Origin: Candidatus Hodarchaeota archaeon
GTDB taxonomy: Archaea; Asgardarchaeota; Lokiarchaeia; Sigyniarchaeales; SOKP01
Assembly: GCA_048887225.1 (NCBI GenBank)
Contig: JBHLJY010000006.1
Span: forward strand, 32,001 to 96,000
Reading direction: 5' to 3'
Length of the DNA stretch: 64,000 nt
The notes under the pieces: generated by a model
What the model was told of the DNA's origin: nothing
What the model saw: only the letters and a program-made list of their open reading frames with translations
The model's database searches: none
Part shown: positions 52,141-60,393 of the stretch, one piece after another
How positions within the stretch are numbered: position 1 is the first letter of the stretch
How the letters are laid out: each line of letters starts with the position of its first letter
Translations under genes and position numbers: made by a program

Positions 52141-53694
52141 TCACCAACTCCCTTCTTTTTTATCTTCTAAATACATTCCAGCAGCAATCCTTCCGCTAAG
52201 AATGGTAGTTGAATAACCACCACCAAAATTCGTCCATGAACCTACTTGATATAGTCCAGGGATAGCACCTCGACTTTTTAATCGAAGTAGTGGACCATTT
52301 AAAATATCTTGCGTATATCCATATACAGCTCCATCCATATTCTTTGAATATCGATAATATGTTAACGGTGTTGCCCCTTCCGCTACTTCGATATAATCAC
52401 GTAAATTTGGTGATAAAGTTTTTTCTACTGATTCAACCATTTTGTCTCCTATAAAATCTTTTATTTTATGATATTGATCAGGAGAGATATTATACCATAG
52501 CTTTCCCATCTGAAGTGTAGTGAGAACAAGTTGAGTAGTTCCAGGAGGAGATATAGTATCATCAACATGATTATAACAAGCCGCTACAATATATTTTGGA
52601 GGTTTTAATTTCTTGAATGTCTCGTAAGCTTCATTCATATCATAGGTTTCGTTAATGAATGTTTCATGAGCGTCTAATCCTAAATTTTCGGGTGTAGTAT
52701 TTAGACCCAAATAGACTGAAAAGGCAGAAACGCCTATTTCTGGGGCGTATATTTCTTTTTTATAATTATCTGGCACGATTTCTGGCGGAAGCATTTTCAT
52801 TGTTGTACAAATAGGATTGACATTTGAAATTACAGCTTTGCAGCGATAAATATCTCCATTGATGAGTTCGACACCACATACACGTCCATTTTCTACAAGA
52901 ATACGATTTACCAAAGCATTATATCTGATTTCACCGTTTAAATCCTCAAAGGCTTTTACCATAGCAGTAGTTAGCGCGTGAGATCTTCCTATTGGAAATA
53001 CAGCACCATGTTTCAAAAATGTAGCTAACATAGCAACAAAAATATAGGCATTAAGTCTTATTGGAGGTAAACCAACATACCCCCATATATTACTAATTAC
53101 CGCAATTAACTTCTGATCTTTAATAAATTTATTGAAGAGCTCCATAAGAGTTAGCCCAGGGACACGTGCAAGCCAAGGATGTTCTTTAAGAATCTCCTCT
53201 TGGGTAAATTTTCCTTGTTTAGACGCAATATAATCAATTCCCGCTTGTATTGCTCTACATACTCCAACAAATCCCTCTATCCCCTCTTTCTCAGCGGGAA
53301 ATAGTTCAATTAATTTTTCAGTATATTCATCGAAGCCGAAGGGAATTTTTACATCGTATCCATCGTAAAATACACTTCGATATAACTCTGGAACTTGCTT
53401 AAATTTAATTTTCATAGGAATGACTCCTAGATTTTCTAAAAATTTATACAGAGTTCCTTTATTATTTTCAGAGCCAATATCACTTAACTCGTGCAAGGCT
53501 CCTTCAAATTCAAATCGTCCTCTAACGAAAGAAGTTGCAAATCCCCCTGGTACATTGTGTTTTTCAAGCAATAACACTTTTTCTCCCGCAAGAGCAAGCT
53601 GACACGCAGCACCAAGACCTCCAAGCCCAGCGCCTGCGACAATAACAGGATAGGTCGCAATAACTCGACGCTCATATATATTATTTTTTTCCAT
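52141..53694 (-). CDS. Phytoene desaturase/retinol saturase-family FAD oxidoreductase
   Basis: GAGLGGL, EKHNVPGG..TSF.RG.FEFE, ATPLT..RY, GAVYG. Confidence 0.88.
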   Translation of the reverse strand: MEKNNIYERRVIATYPVIVAGAGLGGLGAACQLALAGEKVLLLEKHNVPGGFATSFVRGRFEFEGALHELSDIGSENNKGTLYKFLENLGVIPMKIKFKQVPELYRSVFYDGYDVKIPFGFDEYTEKLIELFPAEKEGIEGFVGVCRAIQAGIDYIASKQGKFTQEEILKEHPWLARVPGLTLMELFNKFIKDQKLIAVISNIWGYVGLPPIRLNAYIFVAMLATFLKHGAVFPIGRSHALTTAMVKAFEDLNGEIRYNALVNRILVENGRVCGVELINGDIYRCKAVISNVNPICTTMKMLPPEIVPDNYKKEIYAPEIGVSAFSVYLGLNTTPENLGLDAHETFINETYDMNEAYETFKKLKPPKYIVAACYNHVDDTISPPGTTQLVLTTLQMGKLWYNISPDQYHKIKDFIGDKMVESVEKTLSPNLRDYIEVAEGATPLTYYRYSKNMDGAVYGYTQDILNGPLLRLKSRGAIPGLYQVGSWTNFGGGYSTTILSGRIAAGMYLEDKKEGSW

Positions 53695-53788
53695 AAAAAA
53701 TAATTCTATTTGATCGCTTTTAAAGAATTACTTATATTAGAGAAAGATGATGTTTTTATAATAGACGATTTTTTTAAAGGAGATAAGT

Positions 53789-54199
53789 TTGGATCAAAAA
53801 CGGAAAATTCGTGTCCTCATGGCTAAACCTGGTCTGGATGGCCATTTTAGAGGAGCTAAAGTAGTTTCAATGGCACTTAGAGATGCAGGAATGGAAGTAA
53901 TTTATACAGGACTTCAAAAAACGCCAGAGCAAATAATCCAAGCTGCCTTGCAAGAGGATGTGGATTGCCTTGGAGTCTCAATTTTAAGTGGCGCTCATAT
54001 GACACTTGTACCTCGCATTTTAGAGCTCGCGAAAAAACAAGGATTATCTGATCGATTAATATTAGTTGGAGGGACCATTGTCTTAGAGGAAGAAATTGAA
54101 GCTCTCAAGAAATTAGGAGTAGAAGAAATATTCGGTCCAGGAACTCCTACAAAAGAGATTGTGGATTATATTTACCGATATTTCGAGAAAACTAAGTAA
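53789..54199 (+). CDS. Cobalamin-binding small subunit of an acyl-CoA mutase
   Basis: [10 protein letters not shown] (DxHxxG), SILSGAH, VGG, FGPGT. Confidence 0.93.
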   Translation: MDQKRKIRVLMAKPGLDGHFRGAKVVSMALRDAGMEVIYTGLQKTPEQIIQAALQEDVDCLGVSILSGAHMTLVPRILELAKKQGLSDRLILVGGTIVLEEEIEALKKLGVEEIFGPGTPTKEIVDYIYRYFEKTK

Positions 54200-54240
54200 T
54201 CCATGATATAAATGAGCCAAAAATAACTTTAAGAAAAAGA

Positions 54241-55908
54241 GTGAAAAAATTGTTTGATAAAGAAAAATTAAAGAATATAAAAAATAATGAAAACTTCTGG
54301 AAAAATGCGATTGTTCAAAAATGGATTGAAAGATATGGTGAAAGAAAAAAAGAGTTTAAAACTACTTCAGGTATAAAGCTAAAAACCATTTATACCCCTA
54401 CTGATATAGAAAATTTAGATTACTTAAAAGACCTCTCATTTCCTACCGTTTATCCATTTACTCGTGGAATTTATCCAAACATGTATAGGGGTCGAATATG
54501 GACCATACGGCAAGTAACTGGTTTTGGAAAAGCCGAAGAAACCAGCAAAAGGCTTTCCTTTTTACATAAAGCAGGACAGACAGGTCTGAACATCGTTTTT
54601 GACATGCCTACTCATTTTGCACTTGATTCGGATGATCCCCTTGCTGAAGGTGAAGTGGGAAAAGAAGGAGTCGCGATTGATACTCTTGAAGATATGGAAC
54701 ATCTCTTCGAAGGAATACCCCTTGATCAAGTAAGTACTTCATTGATAACTATTGGAGCAGCACCAATATTATTAGCAATGTATATTGCAACTGCTGAGAA
54801 AAGAGGGATACTTCCTGAACAATTAGCAGGCACTATTCAAAACGATTCCATAACAGCTCTAGCCGTGACTGGCGTTTCCGCCGCATTACGACCCGATCCT
54901 TTTATTAGGATCGCCTTAGATACAGCTGAATATTGTATTAGAAATATGCCAAAGTGGTATCCATTAAGTATTGTAGGATATCATATACGTGAAGCTGGAG
55001 GAAATGCGGTTCAGGAATTAGCTTTCACCTTAGCTAGTGGTATTGAGTATCTAAGAGAACTTTCAAACAGAGGATTAGACACAGACGATATTGGAAATAA
55101 AATAACTTTTTTCTTTGGTGCACACAATAATTTATTCGAAGAAATCGCAAAATTTCGAGCAGCCAGAAGAATGTGGGCCAAAATTATGAAGGAATGGTTC
55201 GGTGCTAAAGATATAAAAGCCATGATTTTAAAATATCATGTTCAAACCTGTGGATCTACTTTGATCGCTCCACAACCAGAAACAAACATTATAAGAACAA
55301 CAATACAAGCTCTAGCAGCAGTATTAGGAGGGGTAAACTCCTTACACACGAATTCTATGGATGAAGCTTTAGCTTTACCCACTGAAAAGGCATCAAGAAT
55401 TGCTGTAAGGACTCAGCAAATACTCGCTTACGAATCAGGTGTAGCTGATGTAAGTGACCCTTTTGGGGGATCTTATTTCATGGAGGCACTTACCAACGAA
55501 GTAGAAGATGAGGCTTATAAATATATCGAAAAAATTGAGAAAATGGGAGGTATGATAGAAGCTGTGAAAAAAGAATTTATTCAAAATGAGGTTGCACAAT
55601 CAGCTTATAGGTATCAAAAGGAAATTGAGAAAGGAGAAAGAATTATTGTTGGATTAAATAAATTTCAGATTAAGGAGGAATTAAAACCTACTCTATTTAA
55701 ATTAGACCCTATGATTGAACAGAGGCAAATAGAAAGAGTTCAAAAAATAAGAAAGATGAGAGATAACAATAAGGTCAATGAAGTTTTAAACGATTTCAAG
55801 ACTAGATTCCATAAAGGTGAAAATATCATGCCACCCCTTATTAGGGCAGTAAAAAAATATGCAACAATAGGAGAACTCAGCGGAGTATTAAATGTGAGAA
55901 GCTTATAA
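54241..55908 (+). CDS. Acyl-CoA mutase large subunit (methylmalonyl-CoA mutase family, atypical specificity residues)
   Basis: PFTRG, WTIRQV, GYHIREAG, EEIAKFRAARRMW, SLHTNSMDEA. Confidence 0.92.
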   Translation: MKKLFDKEKLKNIKNNENFWKNAIVQKWIERYGERKKEFKTTSGIKLKTIYTPTDIENLDYLKDLSFPTVYPFTRGIYPNMYRGRIWTIRQVTGFGKAEETSKRLSFLHKAGQTGLNIVFDMPTHFALDSDDPLAEGEVGKEGVAIDTLEDMEHLFEGIPLDQVSTSLITIGAAPILLAMYIATAEKRGILPEQLAGTIQNDSITALAVTGVSAALRPDPFIRIALDTAEYCIRNMPKWYPLSIVGYHIREAGGNAVQELAFTLASGIEYLRELSNRGLDTDDIGNKITFFFGAHNNLFEEIAKFRAARRMWAKIMKEWFGAKDIKAMILKYHVQTCGSTLIAPQPETNIIRTTIQALAAVLGGVNSLHTNSMDEALALPTEKASRIAVRTQQILAYESGVADVSDPFGGSYFMEALTNEVEDEAYKYIEKIEKMGGMIEAVKKEFIQNEVAQSAYRYQKEIEKGERIIVGLNKFQIKEELKPTLFKLDPMIEQRQIERVQKIRKMRDNNKVNEVLNDFKTRFHKGENIMPPLIRAVKKYATIGELSGVLNVRSL

Positions 55909-55921
55909 ATTAAAGAGTCAA

Positions 55922-56743
55922 TTAACGTCCAATAAATACTGAATCTCTTTTTTCTTTAAGTGCTTCCATCGATTCTCTAAAATCATGAGTTGTCAATGTT
56001 TTTCTTAAAGCTCTATTTTCCTTATCTAAAGTCTTGCTCAATATGTCATAAAAGTAGCTATGTATTGTTTTTTTCATTAATTTAATTGAGAAACTAGGAC
56101 CTTTAGGAGGTATTAATCTTAATGCTTGTTCTCGAGCGTAAGGCATTAACTCTTCTTTAGGTAAGACTTTATTTACTAAACCAAGTTCAAGAGCCTGCTG
56201 AGCAGTAATATTATCACCGAAATAACAAAGTTCTTTGGCCCTTTGAAATCCCATTAAGAAAGGTAAAAGAAAAGATGAAGCAAATTCCTGAATTATCCCT
56301 CTTCTCACAAAATATAATCCCATCCAAGCATCTTCAGCCATATAGATCAAATCGGCTCCAATTAAGGGAAGAGTAACACCACCACCAATTGCCATTCCAT
56401 TAATGGCTGCAATCACTGGTTTGGGAAAATTCCAGAATTTTAAAGCTAATTTCTTTTGAGCAACATCCATTAAATCAATCTCAGGATATTTTCTCATTTG
56501 GTGGAAAACTTCTTTTCTAAAATATGCTCCAGATGTGAAAGCATTCCCTTTTGGATCCCCTGTAATAATTAAAACTTTTGTATTTTTGTCGTTCTCCATA
56601 TCATCTAAAAGATAATACATCTCGTGGAAAGTTAAAAGAGTCATAGCATTTCGTCTTTCAGGTCTACTAATAATTGCTGTACAAATTCCATTATCTTCCT
56701 TTTTACATATAATATCTTCAAAATCTTCTATCTTTACCATCAA
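55922..56743 (-). CDS. Enoyl-CoA hydratase/isomerase (crotonase) family protein
   Basis: RPERRNAM, PKPVIAAINGMAIGGG, AQQALELGLVN. Confidence 0.9.
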   Translation of the reverse strand: MMVKIEDFEDIICKKEDNGICTAIISRPERRNAMTLLTFHEMYYLLDDMENDKNTKVLIITGDPKGNAFTSGAYFRKEVFHQMRKYPEIDLMDVAQKKLALKFWNFPKPVIAAINGMAIGGGVTLPLIGADLIYMAEDAWMGLYFVRRGIIQEFASSFLLPFLMGFQRAKELCYFGDNITAQQALELGLVNKVLPKEELMPYAREQALRLIPPKGPSFSIKLMKKTIHSYFYDILSKTLDKENRALRKTLTTHDFRESMEALKEKRDSVFIGR

Positions 56744-56823
56744 AACTCAACATTTCAGAATATTATTATTAATAATTTGCTGCATTAGTTTAATATTTTG
56801 AATGCAATTTTACAAGGTTAAAT

Positions 56824-57873
56824 CTATAAAAATTTTCTCAAAACATTTCCAATTTTTCCTACACTATACCGAATGTCATCCTCATTAATTCCATAATGAG
56901 TAACAAAACGTATTCTCTGTTTGTCTATATTAAAAGCTAAAATTCCTTCTTTATTAAGAGCTGTAATTATTTTAACTACGCGAACACCTTGCGGAATAGA
57001 TACCATGAGAATATTTGTATCGGGTTTTTGAATTTCTATAGGTAGATTTAAATTTTCAATTCCTTCGGCAAGTAATGTTGCATTTTTATGATCCTCCTCG
57101 AGTCTATTAATCCATTTTGGCTCAAAAGCTACTAAGCCAAAAGAAGCGATTATTCCTGCTTGTCGCATACCTCCTCCTAATATCTTTCGATACTTTCTTG
57201 CTTTCATAATTAAGGTTTTTGAACCCGCAACAATAGATCCGACAGGACAAGAAAGCCCTTTAGATAAACAAAACATCACGCTATCAACGTGTTTAGTAAA
57301 TTCAATTGCTGGGATATTAAGTCCAACAGCAGCGTTAAATATTCGTGCTCCATCTAGATGTAACTTTAAGTCATTCTCTTCAGCAAATTGTTTCATATTC
57401 TGTATATCTTCAGGTCTAATAATCGCTCCACCGTGGTAATTATGTGTGTTTTCAGTACATAAGAGAGTGATAGGTGCTTCATTTGCGTTTTCTTTTTTAT
57501 GGATAAGTTTTTGAAGATCATCAAGCAATGGCACTCCCTTATTTGATGTATACGTCCCAATCTTTAACCCGGCAACTCGAGTAGCACCGTCTATTTCATG
57601 TTCATAAATATGACTGAGATCTTCCAATAAAATTTCCTCACCTGGATTAGTCTGTGATAATAATGAAACAAGATTACCCTGCGTACCAGAAGTAACATAT
57701 AATGCTGCTTCCTTACCTACGATCTTGGCAGCTTTTGCCTCCAACTCATTAATAGTCGGGTCTTCTCCATAAACATCATCACCTATTTTGGAATTGTCTA
57801 ATGATTTAACCGCATCCCACATTTCAGGAGAAGGTTTAGTTATCGTATCTGACCGCAAATCAACTATTTTCAT
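56824..57873 (-). CDS. ltaE: Low-specificity L-threonine aldolase
   Basis: DLRSDT, GDDVYGEDPT, SGTQGN, ENTHN, HLDGARIFNA, CLSKGL, GGGMRQAG. Confidence 0.93.
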   Translation of the reverse strand: MKIVDLRSDTITKPSPEMWDAVKSLDNSKIGDDVYGEDPTINELEAKAAKIVGKEAALYVTSGTQGNLVSLLSQTNPGEEILLEDLSHIYEHEIDGATRVAGLKIGTYTSNKGVPLLDDLQKLIHKKENANEAPITLLCTENTHNYHGGAIIRPEDIQNMKQFAEENDLKLHLDGARIFNAAVGLNIPAIEFTKHVDSVMFCLSKGLSCPVGSIVAGSKTLIMKARKYRKILGGGMRQAGIIASFGLVAFEPKWINRLEEDHKNATLLAEGIENLNLPIEIQKPDTNILMVSIPQGVRVVKIITALNKEGILAFNIDKQRIRFVTHYGINEDDIRYSVGKIGNVLRKFL

Positions 57874-57969
57874 AAAGTTAGCCCATAATTTTACATTCGA
57901 TTATATTGAGTTAATAAAGAATTAAAAACCATAAGTAAAAAAAGAGATAAAAATATAAAAAAAATAATA

Positions 57970-58338
57970 TTATGATTTTAAAACAAGTGTAATTGCTCTA
58001 GTAAGGCGGATAACATCCATTACTTTTCCCTTTTCAACAGTAATTTGTTCCCTACTGATAACATGAGTGAAATCCCCGCGTCCCTGACAGATATTCACAA
58101 TGGAATTATTATCACCTGTCATAACAATCTCAGGATCAGAGGCAGTTCCATTAATTAGTTTTGCCTTTCTCTCTTTAATTTCCACATAAAACGGATCTTC
58201 ATTTGCTAAATTAAATTGGAAAGTCATTTCCCAATCAACGTCTTTTCCAGCAATATTAGTTACAAAAACTTGTTGTGCTTTCGGGATATTGTTCATTTTT
58301 TCAATGATTTTGCTTAAATTTTCGCTTGCGACACCCAT
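57970..58338 (-). CDS. SCP2 sterol-carrier-like lipid-binding protein
   Basis: SCP2-like pattern (FQF..FYVEI...A....G....P....); co-transcribed with thiolase and DUF35. Confidence 0.7.
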   Translation of the reverse strand: MGVASENLSKIIEKMNNIPKAQQVFVTNIAGKDVDWEMTFQFNLANEDPFYVEIKERKAKLINGTASDPEIVMTGDNNSIVNICQGRGDFTHVISREQITVEKGKVMDVIRLTRAITLVLKS

Positions 58339-58340
58339 AA

Positions 58341-58838
58341 TTACGCGCCTCCCTCGTATTCTGGTTTATTAATCCATGTTTCATATTCATCTTCGGGTAC
58401 AAAGAAGAAATCTGTCATTTTTCCTTCTCTTTCTTTCAAAAACACAGCCTTGACAACCCTGCCTTTCTTAATTTTCGATGGTACTAAGTTTTCCGAGAAA
58501 ATTCCTTGAAGTAAAGCGGTGTCGGCTCCATCCAATTTAACAAAAGCTATGCCATATGGGATTGCTTTTATAAAAGCTGAAGTTGTGTACCAAACGATTG
58601 TACTCACTTCTATCTTTCCCGTTTGCTTCATTTCAATCCAATTGGTAGGCTCATAACATTCAGAGCAGTTGATTCTTGGAGGCATCCACGTTTTTCCACA
58701 TTTGGTACATTTTGTACCTAGGAGTTTTTTGTTGTTTTTTACTTCGATAAAGAACTTCGATTGGCCGCCCATGGTGTATTTGTAGTTAATGGCGATCCTG
58801 TCTCGGATTTCATGTGATTGAAATTTATCGTCATTCAT
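58341..58838 (-). CDS. DUF35 zinc-ribbon/OB-fold protein, cassette 4
   Basis: CTKC..PPRINCSEC; LDGADT; ATGA overlap with the thiolase stop. Confidence 0.92.
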   Translation of the reverse strand: MNDDKFQSHEIRDRIAINYKYTMGGQSKFFIEVKNNKKLLGTKCTKCGKTWMPPRINCSECYEPTNWIEMKQTGKIEVSTIVWYTTSAFIKAIPYGIAFVKLDGADTALLQGIFSENLVPSKIKKGRVVKAVFLKEREGKMTDFFFVPEDEYETWINKPEYEGGA

Positions 58839-60191
58839 GGCTTCTTCAACCCCTCTTCATTTGCCATTACAATAACGGCTGCATAAGCGGCTCCTGGACC
58901 TCCGATCGAATGAGCAATGGACCGACCTTTTTCAATTGTGACTTGGTGTTTGCCAGCATCTCCTCTAATCTGAAGAGCGGCCTCTCCTGTGCTCATTATA
59001 CCAGTCGCGCCCACAGCATGTCCACAGCCAATTAAGCCTCCCGAAGGACAGCATGGCAATTCACCATTTAGCCAAGGACCTTCGCCGGGCTTTTCGAAAG
59101 AATTTTCAATCCAAGGACCGCCTTCTCCGAATGGTACAAAGCCTAATTCTTCATAAGAAATTACTTCTTGACCGCTAAACGCATCGTGGAGCTCTGCAAC
59201 ATCGATTTGTTCCTTAATCTTGTTGTAGTCGAGCCCTGCCATTTTATAAGCTGCTTTAGCAGCTTCAATGTTTGAATAAAGCCGACCAATGCTCTCTCTG
59301 TTTCCGATAAAACAATCTGTATTTGCAGCAGCGACTCCGGTTATCCATGTAGGCTTTTCCACGCCGAGTTCTTTTACTTTTTGTTCGTTTGCAAGGATTA
59401 ATGCGGCAGAAGCCTCGGAATAAAGACAGCAATCCAGGAGTTTGAAGGGATAACAGATAATTCTTGAGTACATAACGTCTTCGACGGTTACCTTCATTGG
59501 CGATTGAGCCTTTGGGTTGAGCAGAGCGTTCCCATGATTTTTAATGGAAACCATAGCCATATAAGCCAAAAGTTGAAAATATTCAACTGATTGTTTGCTC
59601 TTCGGTCGGGTTTCCAAATTCTTTGTAATGTGCATTTACCATAGAAACATATGAAGATGCCGCCATCATGCCCATAGGATATTTACGGAATATCGCGAAA
59701 TGCGAATTAAATTCTTTCATAAGTCATATCCGCAGAATAGGCAATGGCATTTAATACTTCTGGTGTTGTAACTCCTGTTTGCTAACGCTTTAAACTAAAT
59801 ATTTACAAGATTCGTCATAACAGTCGTTACATTTCTCCAAACCAATGCAGAGACACAAATCCGACAATCCAGATGCAACTTCAGCATAAGCCATTCTCAC
59901 AGTATAACCTCCCGTTGCTCCGCCCGACGCAATTCTCGTGCCAGGTTTGTCATTCATGCCAAGATAACTATTAGTAAATATATCGGGCATGAATTGGCGT
60001 TCAAAAAGCTCATTATAAATTCCATAAACCGTGGACTGCAAATCTTTATGTATAATCTCTGCCCCGTTTTTATTTGCATCATCAAGAGCCAATCTAGTGG
60101 CATCAAACGCCAGCTCAAAATACGTTTTATCAAGATACCTTGCTCTAAAAGGAGTAATGCCTACTCCGATTATCGCAACTCTATTTGGCAT
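58835..60191 (-). CDS. Thiolase-fold protein encoded in four exons (60191-59811, 59781-59716, 59681-59595, 59560-58835); 419 aa after removing three BHB introns
   Basis: Joined exons read ...CNDCYDE|QTGVTTPEVLNAIAYSADMTYE|YPMGMMAASSYVSMVNAHYKEFGNPTEEQ|MAMVSIKNHGNALLNPKAQ...; C-terminal AELHDAF and GHAVGATG motifs are intact. The two track ORFs (59790-60191, 58835-59635) are fragments of this gene. Confidence 0.85.
59561..59594 (-). other. Putative BHB intron 3 (34 nt)
   Basis: GAGC-AA|A-CAA...UUG-GCUU-AU|A: helix GAGC/GCUU, bulges AAA and AUA, internal AGUUGAA/UUCAACU stem; in-frame TGA. Confidence 0.8.
59682..59715 (-). other. Putative BHB intron 2 (34 nt)
   Basis: UAUG-AA|A-GAAU...AUUC-CGUA-AA|U: helix UAUG/CGUA, bulges AAA and AAU, internal UCGC/GCGA stem; in-frame TAA. 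Confidence 0.8.
59782..59810 (-). other. Putative BHB intron 1 (29 nt)
   Basis: GACG-AA|U-CUU...AAG-CGUU-AG|C-AAACAG: 4-bp helix GACG/CGUU, bulges AAU and AGC; in-frame TAA. Confidence 0.8.
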
Positions 60192-60393
60192 TTATTTTTT
60201 TACCTTTTTTCATTTTTTATATTATTTTTAATAATTAATTATGATTAAATCTTGATTACACTTAATAATATTTAATCTTCTTAAAAAATGGTTAAAATAT
60301 ATCGAAAGATTCAAGAAACTAGATTTCTTTACTTTATGTTTTCAATGGTATTTTTAATAAAGAATTTTCAATATTGAAAATTCATTTGATTAA

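Noticed and set aside
59072-59119. 9-nt direct repeat (GGTCCTTGG, GPW twice) as a possible fourth, in-frame intron
   Set aside because: No BHB pairing found at the boundaries I tested and no stop codon; more likely a small loop duplication.
59583-59585. Selenocysteine read-through of the TGA in insert 3
   Set aside because: Read-through would not restore the frame, because the insert is 34 nt.
59782-59806. Spliceosomal-looking GTAAAT...TTAG (25 nt) within intron 1
   Set aside because: Removing it leaves the frame shifted, and introns 2 and 3 lack GT-AG ends.
59561-59810. CRISPR spacers, MITEs or transposon footprints
   Set aside because: The lengths are spacer-like, but there are no flanking repeats, no clear target-site duplications and no similarity among the inserts.
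58835-60191. Thiolase pseudogene or sequencing frameshifts
   Set aside because: The disruptions are three discrete 29-34 nt inserts, each bounded by a BHB fold, not 1-nt homopolymer errors. The exons carry no other lesion.
58340-60191. Apparently higher GC in the intron-bearing operon as evidence of horizontal transfer
   Set aside because: The other Gly/Ala-rich thiolase genes are also GC-elevated; this cannot be supported without computing GC3 and codon usage.
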